A model generated the notes under the pieces. It was not told the origin of the DNA. It ran no database searches and saw nothing but the letters and a program-made list of their open reading frames with translations. Position numbers and translations under genes: made by a program. From NCBI GenBank assembly GCA_964236265.1, contig CAXSDE010000006.1, positions 17,895-81,894 on the forward strand: DNA of 64,000 bases. The letters run 5' to 3'. Position 1 is the first letter of the stretch; each line of letters starts with the position of its first letter. Positions 39,969-48,475 of this stretch are shown in pieces. Origin of the DNA: an uncultured bacterium. GTDB lineage: Bacteria; Actinomycetota; Actinomycetes; JAVEEB01.

Positions 39969-41015
39969 TCAGCCGGTGTGGACCACCGCGGCCAGCTCCA
40001 CGACCACGGTGCTCGACACGGTCGCGTGCGTGAACGGGTTGACCGACGACAGGCGCACGCCGCCCTTGACGGCCGTGACGGTGATGTGCACCGGTGCGCC
40101 CTTCACGACCTGCCGCGCGGCGAGCACGATGTCGGCCGGCACGATCGTCCGGTGGGCGTGTCGTGCCATGGTCGCGGAGGCTCGGGCGACGCGATCGCCG
40201 GCCATGCTGACGATCGAGCGAAGGTTGATGGCATTGATCGCCCGATTGAGCGCGGCCTTCGACACGGTGTCACTGGCTGCTGGCACGTCGATCGTCTGCG
40301 GGCCGTAGGTGATCGTGACGCTGCCGTTGAGCGAGCTCGCGCTGCTGGACGATGCCGGCTCGGACACGTCGAACGACTCACCGAGCAGCACGCCGTCCGC
40401 TGCCGTGTGGATGGTGAGGTGCGCCGTCACCGGGCCGGCGGTGCCCGTGCCCGGATCGGTCTCCGTCACGGCGTAGGTGATCGTGCCGTCATCCTCGACG
40501 GTTTTGACCGCTGACGTGACGCTCGTCGGAACGTCACCGATCTGCGTCGACCCTGCCTGCTTGCGCACGGAGGCGACCTCGGCCGACCAGCTGGGGTCGA
40601 GCACGTACGTCGCTCCGGGCCGTCCCAGCAGCTTCAGCTCGGCCGTCGTCTGCGAGTCCGTCGACAGGTCGGTCCACGTGCCCCTGCCGACCTGGGCGAT
40701 CGTGGTGTCCGTGCGCGAGAGCCCGCTAGTCGTCTCGAGGACACGCTGGGTGGTGGGGTCGTAGGCGGTCGTTGCGGTTGGGGTCGGTGCGCTCCCCGCC
40801 GCCGCTCCCGAACCGACGGTGAAGCTGAGGGCCTGCCGCCACCCGGTCTGTTCACTCGCGGCGGTCACCTTCGCGACTGTCGAGAGCTCCGCCAGGAACG
40901 CGGCCCGATCCAACGTCGTGACCGTCGTGGCAAAGGCCGAGGTCGACGTGGAGACGAGAGTGGCGGTGGTGACGACAGCGCCCATCACTGCGCGGCGGAC
41001 AGTCGTGGACGACAT
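39969..41015 (-). CDS. secreted protein, unknown function (Thr/Ser/Ala-rich)
   Basis: This is the C-terminal 348 aa of the 705-aa ORF, from ATG 41015. The signal peptide is MSSTTVRRAVMGAVVTTATLVSTSTSAFA. The upstream part of the ORF is antisense junk over the desaturase gene. Confidence 0.6.
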   Translation of the reverse strand: MSSTTVRRAVMGAVVTTATLVSTSTSAFATTVTTLDRAAFLAELSTVAKVTAASEQTGWRQALSFTVGSGAAAGSAPTPTATTAYDPTTQRVLETTSGLSRTDTTIAQVGRGTWTDLSTDSQTTAELKLLGRPGATYVLDPSWSAEVASVRKQAGSTQIGDVPTSVTSAVKTVEDDGTITYAVTETDPGTGTAGPVTAHLTIHTAADGVLLGESFDVSEPASSSSASSLNGSVTITYGPQTIDVPAASDTVSKAALNRAINAINLRSIVSMAGDRVARASATMARHAHRTIVPADIVLAARQVVKGAPVHITVTAVKGGVRLSSVNPFTHATVSSTVVVELAAVVHTG

Positions 41016-41231
41016 GGGGCGCCTTTCGTCGGATTGCCAGGTAGCGCACCGTACCGCCGGGGCGGGGCACTCTGCGCGTGATCGCCGAAAGTTCACCCGA
41101 GCCGCAACCCAGCATGGCCATCTCGCCCCCGGGAGACCTGGGGGATCGGTACGGACATGTGCCCGCGGCGGAGGATTGGCCGCACCTGATCGAGCGCAGG
41201 CTAGTGCGGACTCCGGACAACCAGACAGGTC

Positions 41232-42206
41232 GTGCACGTGACGCTCGCCCCCATGACCGATGACCAGCGCGACGCGACGCCCGCGCTGCCGGTCGGCAGG
41301 CCGATCCTGCTGCCGCCGAGCGACCCAGCCACGGCGCGGTGGGCCCGCGTCGTCGTCGGGGCATTCGTCGCCGTCCCGCTGCTCGCGACGATCGGCGCGA
41401 TGGTCGTCCTGTGGGGCACGGGCATCTCGCTGACCGATGTGCTGATCCTCGCCGTCGGCTATTGCCTGACGATCACCGGCGTGACCGTTGGCATGCACCG
41501 TTACTTCACGCACGGCGCGTTCAAAGCGCGCCGCTGGCTGCGCATCACGCTGGCGGTGCTCGGATCGCTGGCCATCGAGGGCTCGGTCGTCACGTGGGTC
41601 GCCGACCATCGGCGCCACCACGCATTCAGTGACAAGGAAGGCGACCCGCACTCCCCGTGGCGCTACGGCACCACCGTTCGTGCGCTGGTCAAGGGCCTCG
41701 CCTATGCGCATATCGGCTGGATGTTTCATGACGAGCGCACGTCCAAGGCTCGCTTTGCTCCCGACCTGCTCGCCGACCAGGATCTCGCCCGCGTCGACCG
41801 ACTGTTCCCTTGGCTCGTCGTCGCGAGTTTCGGCCTTCCGGGCGTCGTCGGCGGCCTCGCCACGTGGTCGTGGATGGGGGCCCTGACAGGCCTGCTGTGG
41901 GGTGGACTCGTGCGTGTCTTCCTCCTGCATCACATGACCTGGTCGGTCAACTCGATCTGCCACGTCGTCGGTGAGCGGCCCTTCAAGAGCCGTGACAAAG
42001 CAGCCAACTTCTGGCCGCTCGCGATCCCATCGTTCGGTGAGTCCTGGCACAACAGCCACCACGCCGATCCGACGTGTGCCCGGCACGGCGTGCTCAAGGG
42101 ACAGATCGACATCAGTGCCCGCATCATCTGGGCGCTCGAGAAGGCGGGCTGGGCCTCCGATGTCCGCTGGCCGACGCCGGACCGCCTCGCCGCACGCCGC
42201 GCCTGA
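41232..42206 (+). CDS. membrane acyl-CoA/acyl-lipid fatty acid desaturase (delta-9, DesA3-like)
   Basis: The histidine boxes are HRYFTH, HRRHHAFSD and (W)HNSHHA. TM helices lie at the N-terminus. Confidence 0.88.
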   Translation: MHVTLAPMTDDQRDATPALPVGRPILLPPSDPATARWARVVVGAFVAVPLLATIGAMVVLWGTGISLTDVLILAVGYCLTITGVTVGMHRYFTHGAFKARRWLRITLAVLGSLAIEGSVVTWVADHRRHHAFSDKEGDPHSPWRYGTTVRALVKGLAYAHIGWMFHDERTSKARFAPDLLADQDLARVDRLFPWLVVASFGLPGVVGGLATWSWMGALTGLLWGGLVRVFLLHHMTWSVNSICHVVGERPFKSRDKAANFWPLAIPSFGESWHNSHHADPTCARHGVLKGQIDISARIIWALEKAGWASDVRWPTPDRLAARRA

Positions 42207-42290
42207 CGCACGAGACCGTCCCGGTGTCGCCGCTTCGTCCCCGCTCCTGGGCCCACGGCTTCGTCACTTACGGTCGTTGAGCCTCGTCCC

Positions 42291-42710
42291 TCAGGCTGCG
42301 GCCTCGCGAGCCTGCGTGCCGGTGACCAGGATGTCGGTGTGACCGGCGTCCGTGACGACGAGATGAGCACGCAGGCGCACGCCGACGATGGCGGCGGCCG
42401 CGACCAACCTCCGGGTGACGGCATGGTCCTCGCGACTCGGCGGTGCGCCGGACGGGTGCGTGTGGGCCAGAACGATGTGTGCACTGGCGTCTCGCAGAGC
42501 TGGGGAGAGCACCGAGGCGGGGGTGGCGGAGACCTGGGTCGGTGAGCCGATCCCGATGACAGTGGCACCGGTGATCCGCTGCCCAACGATGAGGAGGACA
42601 ACCGACGTCTCCCGGGAGTGGCAGGCGAGGAGGCGGACGATGGCGGCGCAGCGGGCATGGAGGTCGTCGTCTCTGGCAGTCATTGGCTGACCGTAGAACG
42701 ACGCCCGCAC
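42291..42710 (-). CDS. RadC-like JAB (JAMM/MPN+) domain protein, domain-only form
   Basis: The JAMM motif is intact: SRE...LAHTHPSGAPPSREDHAVTRRL (E, HxH, S, D). It lacks the N-terminal HhH part of full-length RadC. The start is GTG 42710 (3 nt after the vapC stop) or ATG 42683. Confidence 0.8.
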   Translation of the reverse strand: MRASFYGQPMTARDDDLHARCAAIVRLLACHSRETSVVLLIVGQRITGATVIGIGSPTQVSATPASVLSPALRDASAHIVLAHTHPSGAPPSREDHAVTRRLVAAAAIVGVRLRAHLVVTDAGHTDILVTGTQAREAAA

Positions 42711-42713
42711 TCC

Positions 42714-43145
42714 CTACTCGACCCGCAGCAACTCTGTGGACAGCAGGTCATCCACAGCCCGCACCAGCTTCGCGTCCGTGGTCAACAGCGTCACGCCGCG
42801 CTGCAGTGCGTGATCGACGACGAGTGCGTCGAACACCCGCAACATCCGCCGCGCGGCAAGATCTGCCGCTCGCTCCACGGTGTCGACATCAACGTCCGAC
42901 ACGACGACACCGAGGTCGTCGATGGCTCGCACCGCGGACAGATAGCGCGGCCGGTCCAGCAACCCGGGCAGTAGACCCTTGTTGCGCAGCACATGGGCGA
43001 GCTCGACGCGCACGGTCGCGACCGCTGACAGCGCGACCGTGTCCGCGAGGAACGCGTCGCGGACCTCGCGCGCGTGCTTCCAGCCCGGCTGCGGCACGAA
43101 CCACCGCAGGAACACCCCGGTGTCGACCGCGTACTCGTCAGGCAT
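42714..43145 (-). CDS. vapC: PIN-domain ribonuclease toxin (VapC family)
   Basis: 143 aa. The PIN acidic residues sit in the expected contexts: AVDTGVFL, VRVELAHV, VFDALVVDHAL, LLTTDAKL. The start overlaps the end of the res ORF by 8 nt (ATGCCTGA). Confidence 0.85.
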   Translation of the reverse strand: MPDEYAVDTGVFLRWFVPQPGWKHAREVRDAFLADTVALSAVATVRVELAHVLRNKGLLPGLLDRPRYLSAVRAIDDLGVVVSDVDVDTVERAADLAARRMLRVFDALVVDHALQRGVTLLTTDAKLVRAVDDLLSTELLRVE

Positions 43146-43323
43146 CCGGCTCGTCCCGCAGCTTGTCGAGTGCCTCGTCGAGCCCGGCGACGGTGCCCAT
43201 GCGGTCGCTGATGTCCTCCATCGCGGCGATGATCTCCGCGCGCGTGCGGCGCCGAGGCGTCGCCGTCTCCGCCAGCTCGGCTTCGCGCCGCCGCGCGAAT
43301 GTCAGGTCGAGGAGTTGCGCCAT
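43138..43323 (-). other. VapB-like toxin-neutralising segment: the C-terminal tail of Res or a nested in-frame 61-aa ORF from ATG 43323
   Basis: The in-frame ATG at 43323 begins MAQLLDLTFARRREAELAE.... The stop overlaps the vapC start as in antitoxin-toxin pairs. No other plausible antitoxin ORF lies upstream of vapC. The function is inferred, not demonstrated. Confidence 0.4.
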
Positions 43324-45831
43324 CGTCCGCAGCCCCGAACGGTGCCGGTCGAAGACGTCCTCGTCGACGCGCAGATACCGCCACCGCGTGCCCGTCGCCA
43401 CCGTTGCATCGACGGCCCACAGGTGCGCGCGCCGGTCCTTGTGCGGCACGTCGAGATCCGCCAGCCCCTTCGTCTCGATGACGGCGTGCGACCCGTCTGT
43501 CAGCCGCACGACGAAATCTGGGTAGTAGTAGCCGAGGCGCCCACCCTCTGCCCGGTACTCCAGCGAGAAGCGCACCTCGCGAGCCAGCTTCGCAAAAGCG
43601 GCCACGTCGTCCGCCGTGTCGAGGAACCCCGCGAAGCGCACCTCCAGCCCGCTGTCGCACGGCTGCAGGTTGAACACTGACTTGCGGGCCGAGGCCGTCT
43701 CACCGCTCCACAGGAAGGGCCGCGTCGAGGACAGCAAGAGATCTTTGTGTTCGTACGACGCGCTGGACGCCGACCGCAGCGTCACGTCGTCGACCGCCTC
43801 CCGGAACACCGCGAAGATGGTCTCCTGCACGGACGGTTCCTGCAGCTGCCCGAGGACCAGTGGGTCGGCTAGGTCGACCGGCCCGCCGAACAGTCGGCGC
43901 TCGATGTAGTCCTTGACCAACGGCGCCAGCACCGCGAACTGCCCGGTCAGGCGGCTCTCGTGCGAGATCTCGTTCACGTAGTAGGCCAGCACCGCCGACG
44001 GGTCGTGCGCCTGCTCCGCCGGATACTGCGCGCGCTCCACGACCTCGCCGCTGAGCATGTCCCGGCCGGTGTAGTCGATAGTGTCGCTGCGCAACGTGTC
44101 GGGCAGCCGCAGCGCCCGCTCCGGCAGGTCTTCCACCCGCAGCCGCGACACCCCGCTCGCCTCGCGCGTCAGGACCCGACTGAGCAGCGGGATCGCGATG
44201 TCGAAGCCGACGCGGTCCGGCTCGACGGCGACGACCTGCGGCTGCACGTGCACGTCGTCCAGGTTCTGCCGCTCGACCGACAGGTCGTCGTCCGCCAGCG
44301 CCTGGTCCCACAGCGAGCGGAACGCCTCGTGTTCGATGACGACCACTGTCTCGTCGACACCGCTGCCCGGCGGTGTCATGCGCCGCAGGCCGCGGCCGAG
44401 GGTCTGCTCGGGAAGGATGTTGGCCGTCGCCGTGTAGGCCCGCAGCGGCACGATGACGGTGACGTTGCGCACGTCCCAGCCCTCGCGCAGCATGAGCACG
44501 GACACGATCGCGGCGTACGGGTTGTCCTCGCTGTCCACCTCGCGGGCCCAGCGCCGCGCGTTCTCCAGGTCGCGCCCGGCAATCTCGCCGCGGTCTCGGC
44601 CGCCGGCGTTGACGTGGATGGTCAGCACCTTGCCGGAGAGGTCGGAAATGGTCTCGAGGTACGCCGCGATCTGGTCCGCGGCCGCAGTGTCCTCGGCCAT
44701 GACGAACAGCAGCGGCTTGCGGCCGACGGCGGAGTACGCCTCGCGGAACTCCCGCCACTTCGATACCCCCGCCGACAGCCGCTGGCGATAACGCACGGAA
44801 GCGTCGTCGCTGACGGCCGTGATGTCGCCGCTCAGCTCGCCGATCACGGGTCGTTTGACGATGCCGTCCTCGATCGCCTCGGCGAGGGGATAGTCGCTGA
44901 CGATCTCGGTGAAGAGCGCGCCATTCTGCTGGCGGGGAGTCGCCGAGAAGTCAAGCTGCACGGCAATCCCGTCCGTCGCGGCCTCGTGCAGCCGGTGCAA
45001 CGTTTGCACGGCGACCAGCGGCTCACCCGTCTCGAGGGTGATGCGGTCGTGCAGGTGGTGCGCCTCGTCGTTGAGTGCCAGGATGCGGCCGCGGCGCGCG
45101 AGCTGCACGAGCATCGGATCGGGCTGATTGAGGCGCGCCGGCGGCCGAGGGCCGAGCAGCGCGGAGACCGGGTCGGCCGGCTGCGGCGGGCGCCGTTCGT
45201 ACAGTGCCTGCACGTTCGTCAGCGCGAGCACGCCGGGGGCGGACGCCGGGATCGCGGTGTCGCGCAGGCACACCTGCAGGTCGAAGTCGGAGCGCCATTC
45301 CGGGGGGATCACGGGGTCGGCGCGGAAGACGCGTCCGTTGTCGAAGTCGTCCCGCAGGCGTTCGTACACGATCAGGTTCGGTGCGACGAGCAGCGCCGTC
45401 GGTGTGAGCGGGCTGGCGGGTTCGCGCAGCGCATGGAAATACGACCATGCGATCGCCAGTGACATGACCTTCGTCTTGCCGGACCCGGTCGCCATCTTCA
45501 CGACGAAGCGAGGGTAGGGCTCGGGCTCCGTCGCCAGCGGATGGGCAGAGAATCGAGCCATTTGTACGACGCTGCGCACGCCGGCGACCTCGAACACATA
45601 GATCAGCGTCTCGATGGCCTCGCGCTGCGCGAAGTAGTAACGGAACGGCTGCCCATCGGCGGTCTGGTGCTCGTCGAGGAACCAATGCTCCAGCAGGCGC
45701 TTGCTCGTGGCGGACGCGCCGGGGTATCCGCCCGCCCGCCACGCCGTCACCTCGGTGCGAATGCCACCGGCGAGAGCGGTGTGGCTCGGGCGGCGGTCGT
45801 CGGGGGAGCGGACTGCGTACGGGTCGGCCAC
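43138..45831 (-). CDS. res: Type III restriction endonuclease Res subunit (SF2 helicase plus PD-(D/E)xK nuclease) with a C-terminal ~55-60-aa antitoxin-like extension
   Basis: FRYYFAQREAIETL is present. Motif I is KMATGSGKT and motif II is LNDEAHHL. The nuclease block is YYPDFVVRLTDGSHAVIETKG. GTG 45831 lies 1 nt after the mod stop. The ORF continues past the usual end (GTRWRYLRVDEDVF) into ...AELAETATPRRRTRAEIIAAMEDISDRMGTVAGLDEALDKLRDEPDA. Confidence 0.88.
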   Translation of the reverse strand: MADPYAVRSPDDRRPSHTALAGGIRTEVTAWRAGGYPGASATSKRLLEHWFLDEHQTADGQPFRYYFAQREAIETLIYVFEVAGVRSVVQMARFSAHPLATEPEPYPRFVVKMATGSGKTKVMSLAIAWSYFHALREPASPLTPTALLVAPNLIVYERLRDDFDNGRVFRADPVIPPEWRSDFDLQVCLRDTAIPASAPGVLALTNVQALYERRPPQPADPVSALLGPRPPARLNQPDPMLVQLARRGRILALNDEAHHLHDRITLETGEPLVAVQTLHRLHEAATDGIAVQLDFSATPRQQNGALFTEIVSDYPLAEAIEDGIVKRPVIGELSGDITAVSDDASVRYRQRLSAGVSKWREFREAYSAVGRKPLLFVMAEDTAAADQIAAYLETISDLSGKVLTIHVNAGGRDRGEIAGRDLENARRWAREVDSEDNPYAAIVSVLMLREGWDVRNVTVIVPLRAYTATANILPEQTLGRGLRRMTPPGSGVDETVVVIEHEAFRSLWDQALADDDLSVERQNLDDVHVQPQVVAVEPDRVGFDIAIPLLSRVLTREASGVSRLRVEDLPERALRLPDTLRSDTIDYTGRDMLSGEVVERAQYPAEQAHDPSAVLAYYVNEISHESRLTGQFAVLAPLVKDYIERRLFGGPVDLADPLVLGQLQEPSVQETIFAVFREAVDDVTLRSASSASYEHKDLLLSSTRPFLWSGETASARKSVFNLQPCDSGLEVRFAGFLDTADDVAAFAKLAREVRFSLEYRAEGGRLGYYYPDFVVRLTDGSHAVIETKGLADLDVPHKDRRAHLWAVDATVATGTRWRYLRVDEDVFDRHRSGLRTMAQLLDLTFARRREAELAETATPRRRTRAEIIAAMEDISDRMGTVAGLDEALDKLRDEPDA

Positions 45832-45832
45832 G

Positions 45833-47758
45833 TCAGGAGATCTCGATGTCGAGGGCGGTCGTGGTGTCGTTGCCGAAGATGTCGACGACCTTCACGAGCA
45901 CGGTGTAAGCGCCTGGCTCCTCGTAGTCGTTGGTGGCAGTCAGCTCGAGCGCGCGGCTCGCACGGGTGCGGTAGGACTGCCACTGGTTGCGGAACGTGTC
46001 CTTGTCACCCTCCGCGCCGAAGGTGAAGTCGACGGCCCAGTAGTCGATGTAGTCCGACCATGCCGTCACCTTGTCGCGCACCAGCGGTGGCACGAGGTCG
46101 GGGTTGGACAGCACGAAGTCCTCGAGGGTCACGGTGACGGATCGCTTCTTCGCCGCGGACGAGACCTTCACGTACGCGAGCTCGTGGAACACGATGTCCC
46201 CCGCCGCGACGGCGCGCGGGTCCATGACCTCGCGCGGGATGCGACGCAGGCGAAGGTCGATGCCCCGATCGCGCGCCTCGTCCTCGACGAGGTCGTGCAA
46301 CCCCATCTCGAACTCCCAGCCGAGGACATCGAGCGCGCGGTGGCCGGCGGCGGCGGCCTCGTCGAGGGCTTCCTTGATCTCGACCATCGTGACCGGCGCG
46401 TCGATCGCGCCGACGTGCACCGCGCGCTTGCCCATCGTGCCGTGCACGTGCTGGAAGCCGGTGACCGGCGCTGCGCCGTAGAGCTCCGTCACGAAATCGA
46501 GGTAGGCCTGCACCTGTTCGCCGGTGGTCGCGTGCTGCCAGACCTGGCGCTCGTAGCGGCCGAGGTTCGCCACCTCGAACGGCGTGCAGCCGGGGATGTC
46601 GAGCACGCGCTTGCGGGTGGTGTGCACCGCGAACCGGCCGATGTCGACGGCGATCCACCGCCGGCCGAGTTTCTCCGCCACGGCCGGCGTCGTCCCCGAC
46701 CCGGCGAAGCAGTCGAGCACGATGCTGCCCTCGTCCGATGACGAGCGAATGATCCGTTCGACCAGCGCCTCGGGCTTCTGCGTGTCGTACCCAAGCCGCT
46801 CTTTCGCCATCTGGTTGATGCGCTTCAAGTCTGTCCAGACGTCCCCGACGGGCATGCCTTTCGCCTCATCGAGGTAGCGCTTCAGCATGGGCCTCTGCGT
46901 CTTCTTGGCGGGGTAGTAGATGCGCCCCTGCGAATCAAGCTGCGCCATGCGCTCGCGGCTGTATCGCCACCCGTTGGGCGGAGGAGGAAATCCCTTCCAC
47001 TCGTATGTCAGGTTGGGACGGGGGTTAGGGCTTTGAATGTTGTCCCGCCAATACAGGCGGCCGTCGCCGTCGTCGTACCGGTAGTAGGTCTGGACGAAGT
47101 CCTCGTCATAGGGTTCGAACTGTGGATTCCACAAGTGTTCTTTGCTTTTGGCGAAACAAGCGATCACGTCGTGCTGAGCGCCGAAGTCCTTCGTATCTGC
47201 GTGGCCCGTTTGCCGTTTCCAGATGATCTCGGCGCGGAAATTGTCCGCACCGAAGATCTCGTCCAGAAGTGCGCGGGCGAGATGGGACACGTTCGGGGCG
47301 AGGTGCAGGAACAGGGAGCCGCGGTCGCTGAGCAGTTCGCGAATGAGGACGAGCCGCTGGTAGAGCATCTGCAGGTAGCTCTCGACCCCCTTGCCCCACG
47401 TGTCGCGGTAGGCCTTCTCCTCGATGACCGACGCGAGCTTCGACAGGTCCTGGTCGGCACCGACGGTGTCGTCGCCGACCGCGATGCGCACCTTGTAGTC
47501 CTGGCGCGAGTCGAACGGCGGGTCGATGTAGACGAGGTCGACCTGCCCGGCGTAGTCATCTGCGAGCGACGCGAGCACGTGCAGGTTGTCGCCCCAGATC
47601 AGCTTGTTGCGCCACCCGTCCGCGGCATCGGCCGACGACTCGAACAGGCTGCCCCGATCGGCGCGGGGGCTGTTGACGGTCTCGACGACCTGCAGCGGCA
47701 GCCGCAGGCGGGGCACCTCCGCGCTCTTGCCGTCCCACTCGAGCCGCACGCCGCCCAC
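45833..47758 (-). CDS. mod: Type III restriction-modification Mod subunit (beta-class N6-adenine/N4-cytosine DNA methyltransferase)
   Basis: Motif IV DLVYIDPPFDS precedes motif I VLDCFAGSGTTPAVAEKLGRRWIAVDI, which is the beta-class order. I chose the start at GTG 47758, preceded by GAAGGAG. The ORF extends to 47935, but that part is Arg/Pro junk. Confidence 0.88.
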   Translation of the reverse strand: MGGVRLEWDGKSAEVPRLRLPLQVVETVNSPRADRGSLFESSADAADGWRNKLIWGDNLHVLASLADDYAGQVDLVYIDPPFDSRQDYKVRIAVGDDTVGADQDLSKLASVIEEKAYRDTWGKGVESYLQMLYQRLVLIRELLSDRGSLFLHLAPNVSHLARALLDEIFGADNFRAEIIWKRQTGHADTKDFGAQHDVIACFAKSKEHLWNPQFEPYDEDFVQTYYRYDDGDGRLYWRDNIQSPNPRPNLTYEWKGFPPPPNGWRYSRERMAQLDSQGRIYYPAKKTQRPMLKRYLDEAKGMPVGDVWTDLKRINQMAKERLGYDTQKPEALVERIIRSSSDEGSIVLDCFAGSGTTPAVAEKLGRRWIAVDIGRFAVHTTRKRVLDIPGCTPFEVANLGRYERQVWQHATTGEQVQAYLDFVTELYGAAPVTGFQHVHGTMGKRAVHVGAIDAPVTMVEIKEALDEAAAAGHRALDVLGWEFEMGLHDLVEDEARDRGIDLRLRRIPREVMDPRAVAAGDIVFHELAYVKVSSAAKKRSVTVTLEDFVLSNPDLVPPLVRDKVTAWSDYIDYWAVDFTFGAEGDKDTFRNQWQSYRTRASRALELTATNDYEEPGAYTVLVKVVDIFGNDTTTALDIEIS

Positions 47759-47855
47759 AGTCGCTCCTTCTCGCCGCACCCGGCGCGGCAGTCGAGAGCC
47801 TAGTGGACCCGGCGGGCTCCGATCGTCCGTCTTACCGGAGCGGAGCCCACGTGCG

Positions 47856-48443
47856 TCACCGGCGACCGCGCCGGGTGGCGCGGTTCGGCCGCGTGAAGCC
47901 CGCGGCCAGCCGGGCAAGGCTGGCGTTGACGGCATCCACGTCGAACGCAGCGGGATCGAGGCCGCCGCCGATCCACTCCGACATGTCTCCGTGGTCGGGG
48001 TGCGTCGGGTCCGCCAGGGCGTCGAGCAAGTGCTCGTAGCCGGCCGGCCCGCCGCAGTCCTCCGGCGGGCACGCGCGCTCGCCGCCGAGGCAACGGACCG
48101 CCGTCGCGTCCCCAGGTTGCGCGTCCTCTACGAGAACGTCGTGCTCCCAGCCGTCGCCGAAGTCGTACTCGTAGCGGAATTGCGAGCCGACAGTCAGCGA
48201 CAAGTCGACCAGCGAGGTGACGTACTCGTCGCGGTGGCCAGCCTGCCGGTCGTGCTCGTCGAGGTCACTGGAGTAGACGACGGAGCCCACCTCGAACGCG
48301 TGCAGATGCGAGTTGGTCCAGCCCATCGCCGTCTGGATGACCTCGTGCAACTGGCTCAGCGTGAGCGTGCTGGGAGCTTCGAGGCGACGCCAGATCGGCG
48401 GCCGCACATACCGCAGCGAGATCTTCAAGCGGAGGACAGTCAT
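47856..48443 (-). CDS. plasmid pRiA4b ORF-3-like (PRiA4_ORF3 / IS1096 TnpR-like) family protein
   Basis: LKISLRYVRPPIWRRLEAPSTLTLSQLHEVIQTAMGWTNSHLHAF and YEYDFGDGWEHDV...CPPEDCGG are the hallmark blocks of this family. Confidence 0.85.
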   Translation of the reverse strand: MTVLRLKISLRYVRPPIWRRLEAPSTLTLSQLHEVIQTAMGWTNSHLHAFEVGSVVYSSDLDEHDRQAGHRDEYVTSLVDLSLTVGSQFRYEYDFGDGWEHDVLVEDAQPGDATAVRCLGGERACPPEDCGGPAGYEHLLDALADPTHPDHGDMSEWIGGGLDPAAFDVDAVNASLARLAAGFTRPNRATRRGRR

Positions 48444-48475
48444 GACGTGGACGTTATCCGACGCCGCCGGCGGCG

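Noticed and set aside
43960-46741. 500-aa and 346-aa plus-strand ORFs inside the RM island
   Set aside because: They are antisense to res and mod. They have no motifs and an Arg/Val/Gly/Asp-rich composition, so they are not hidden defence genes.
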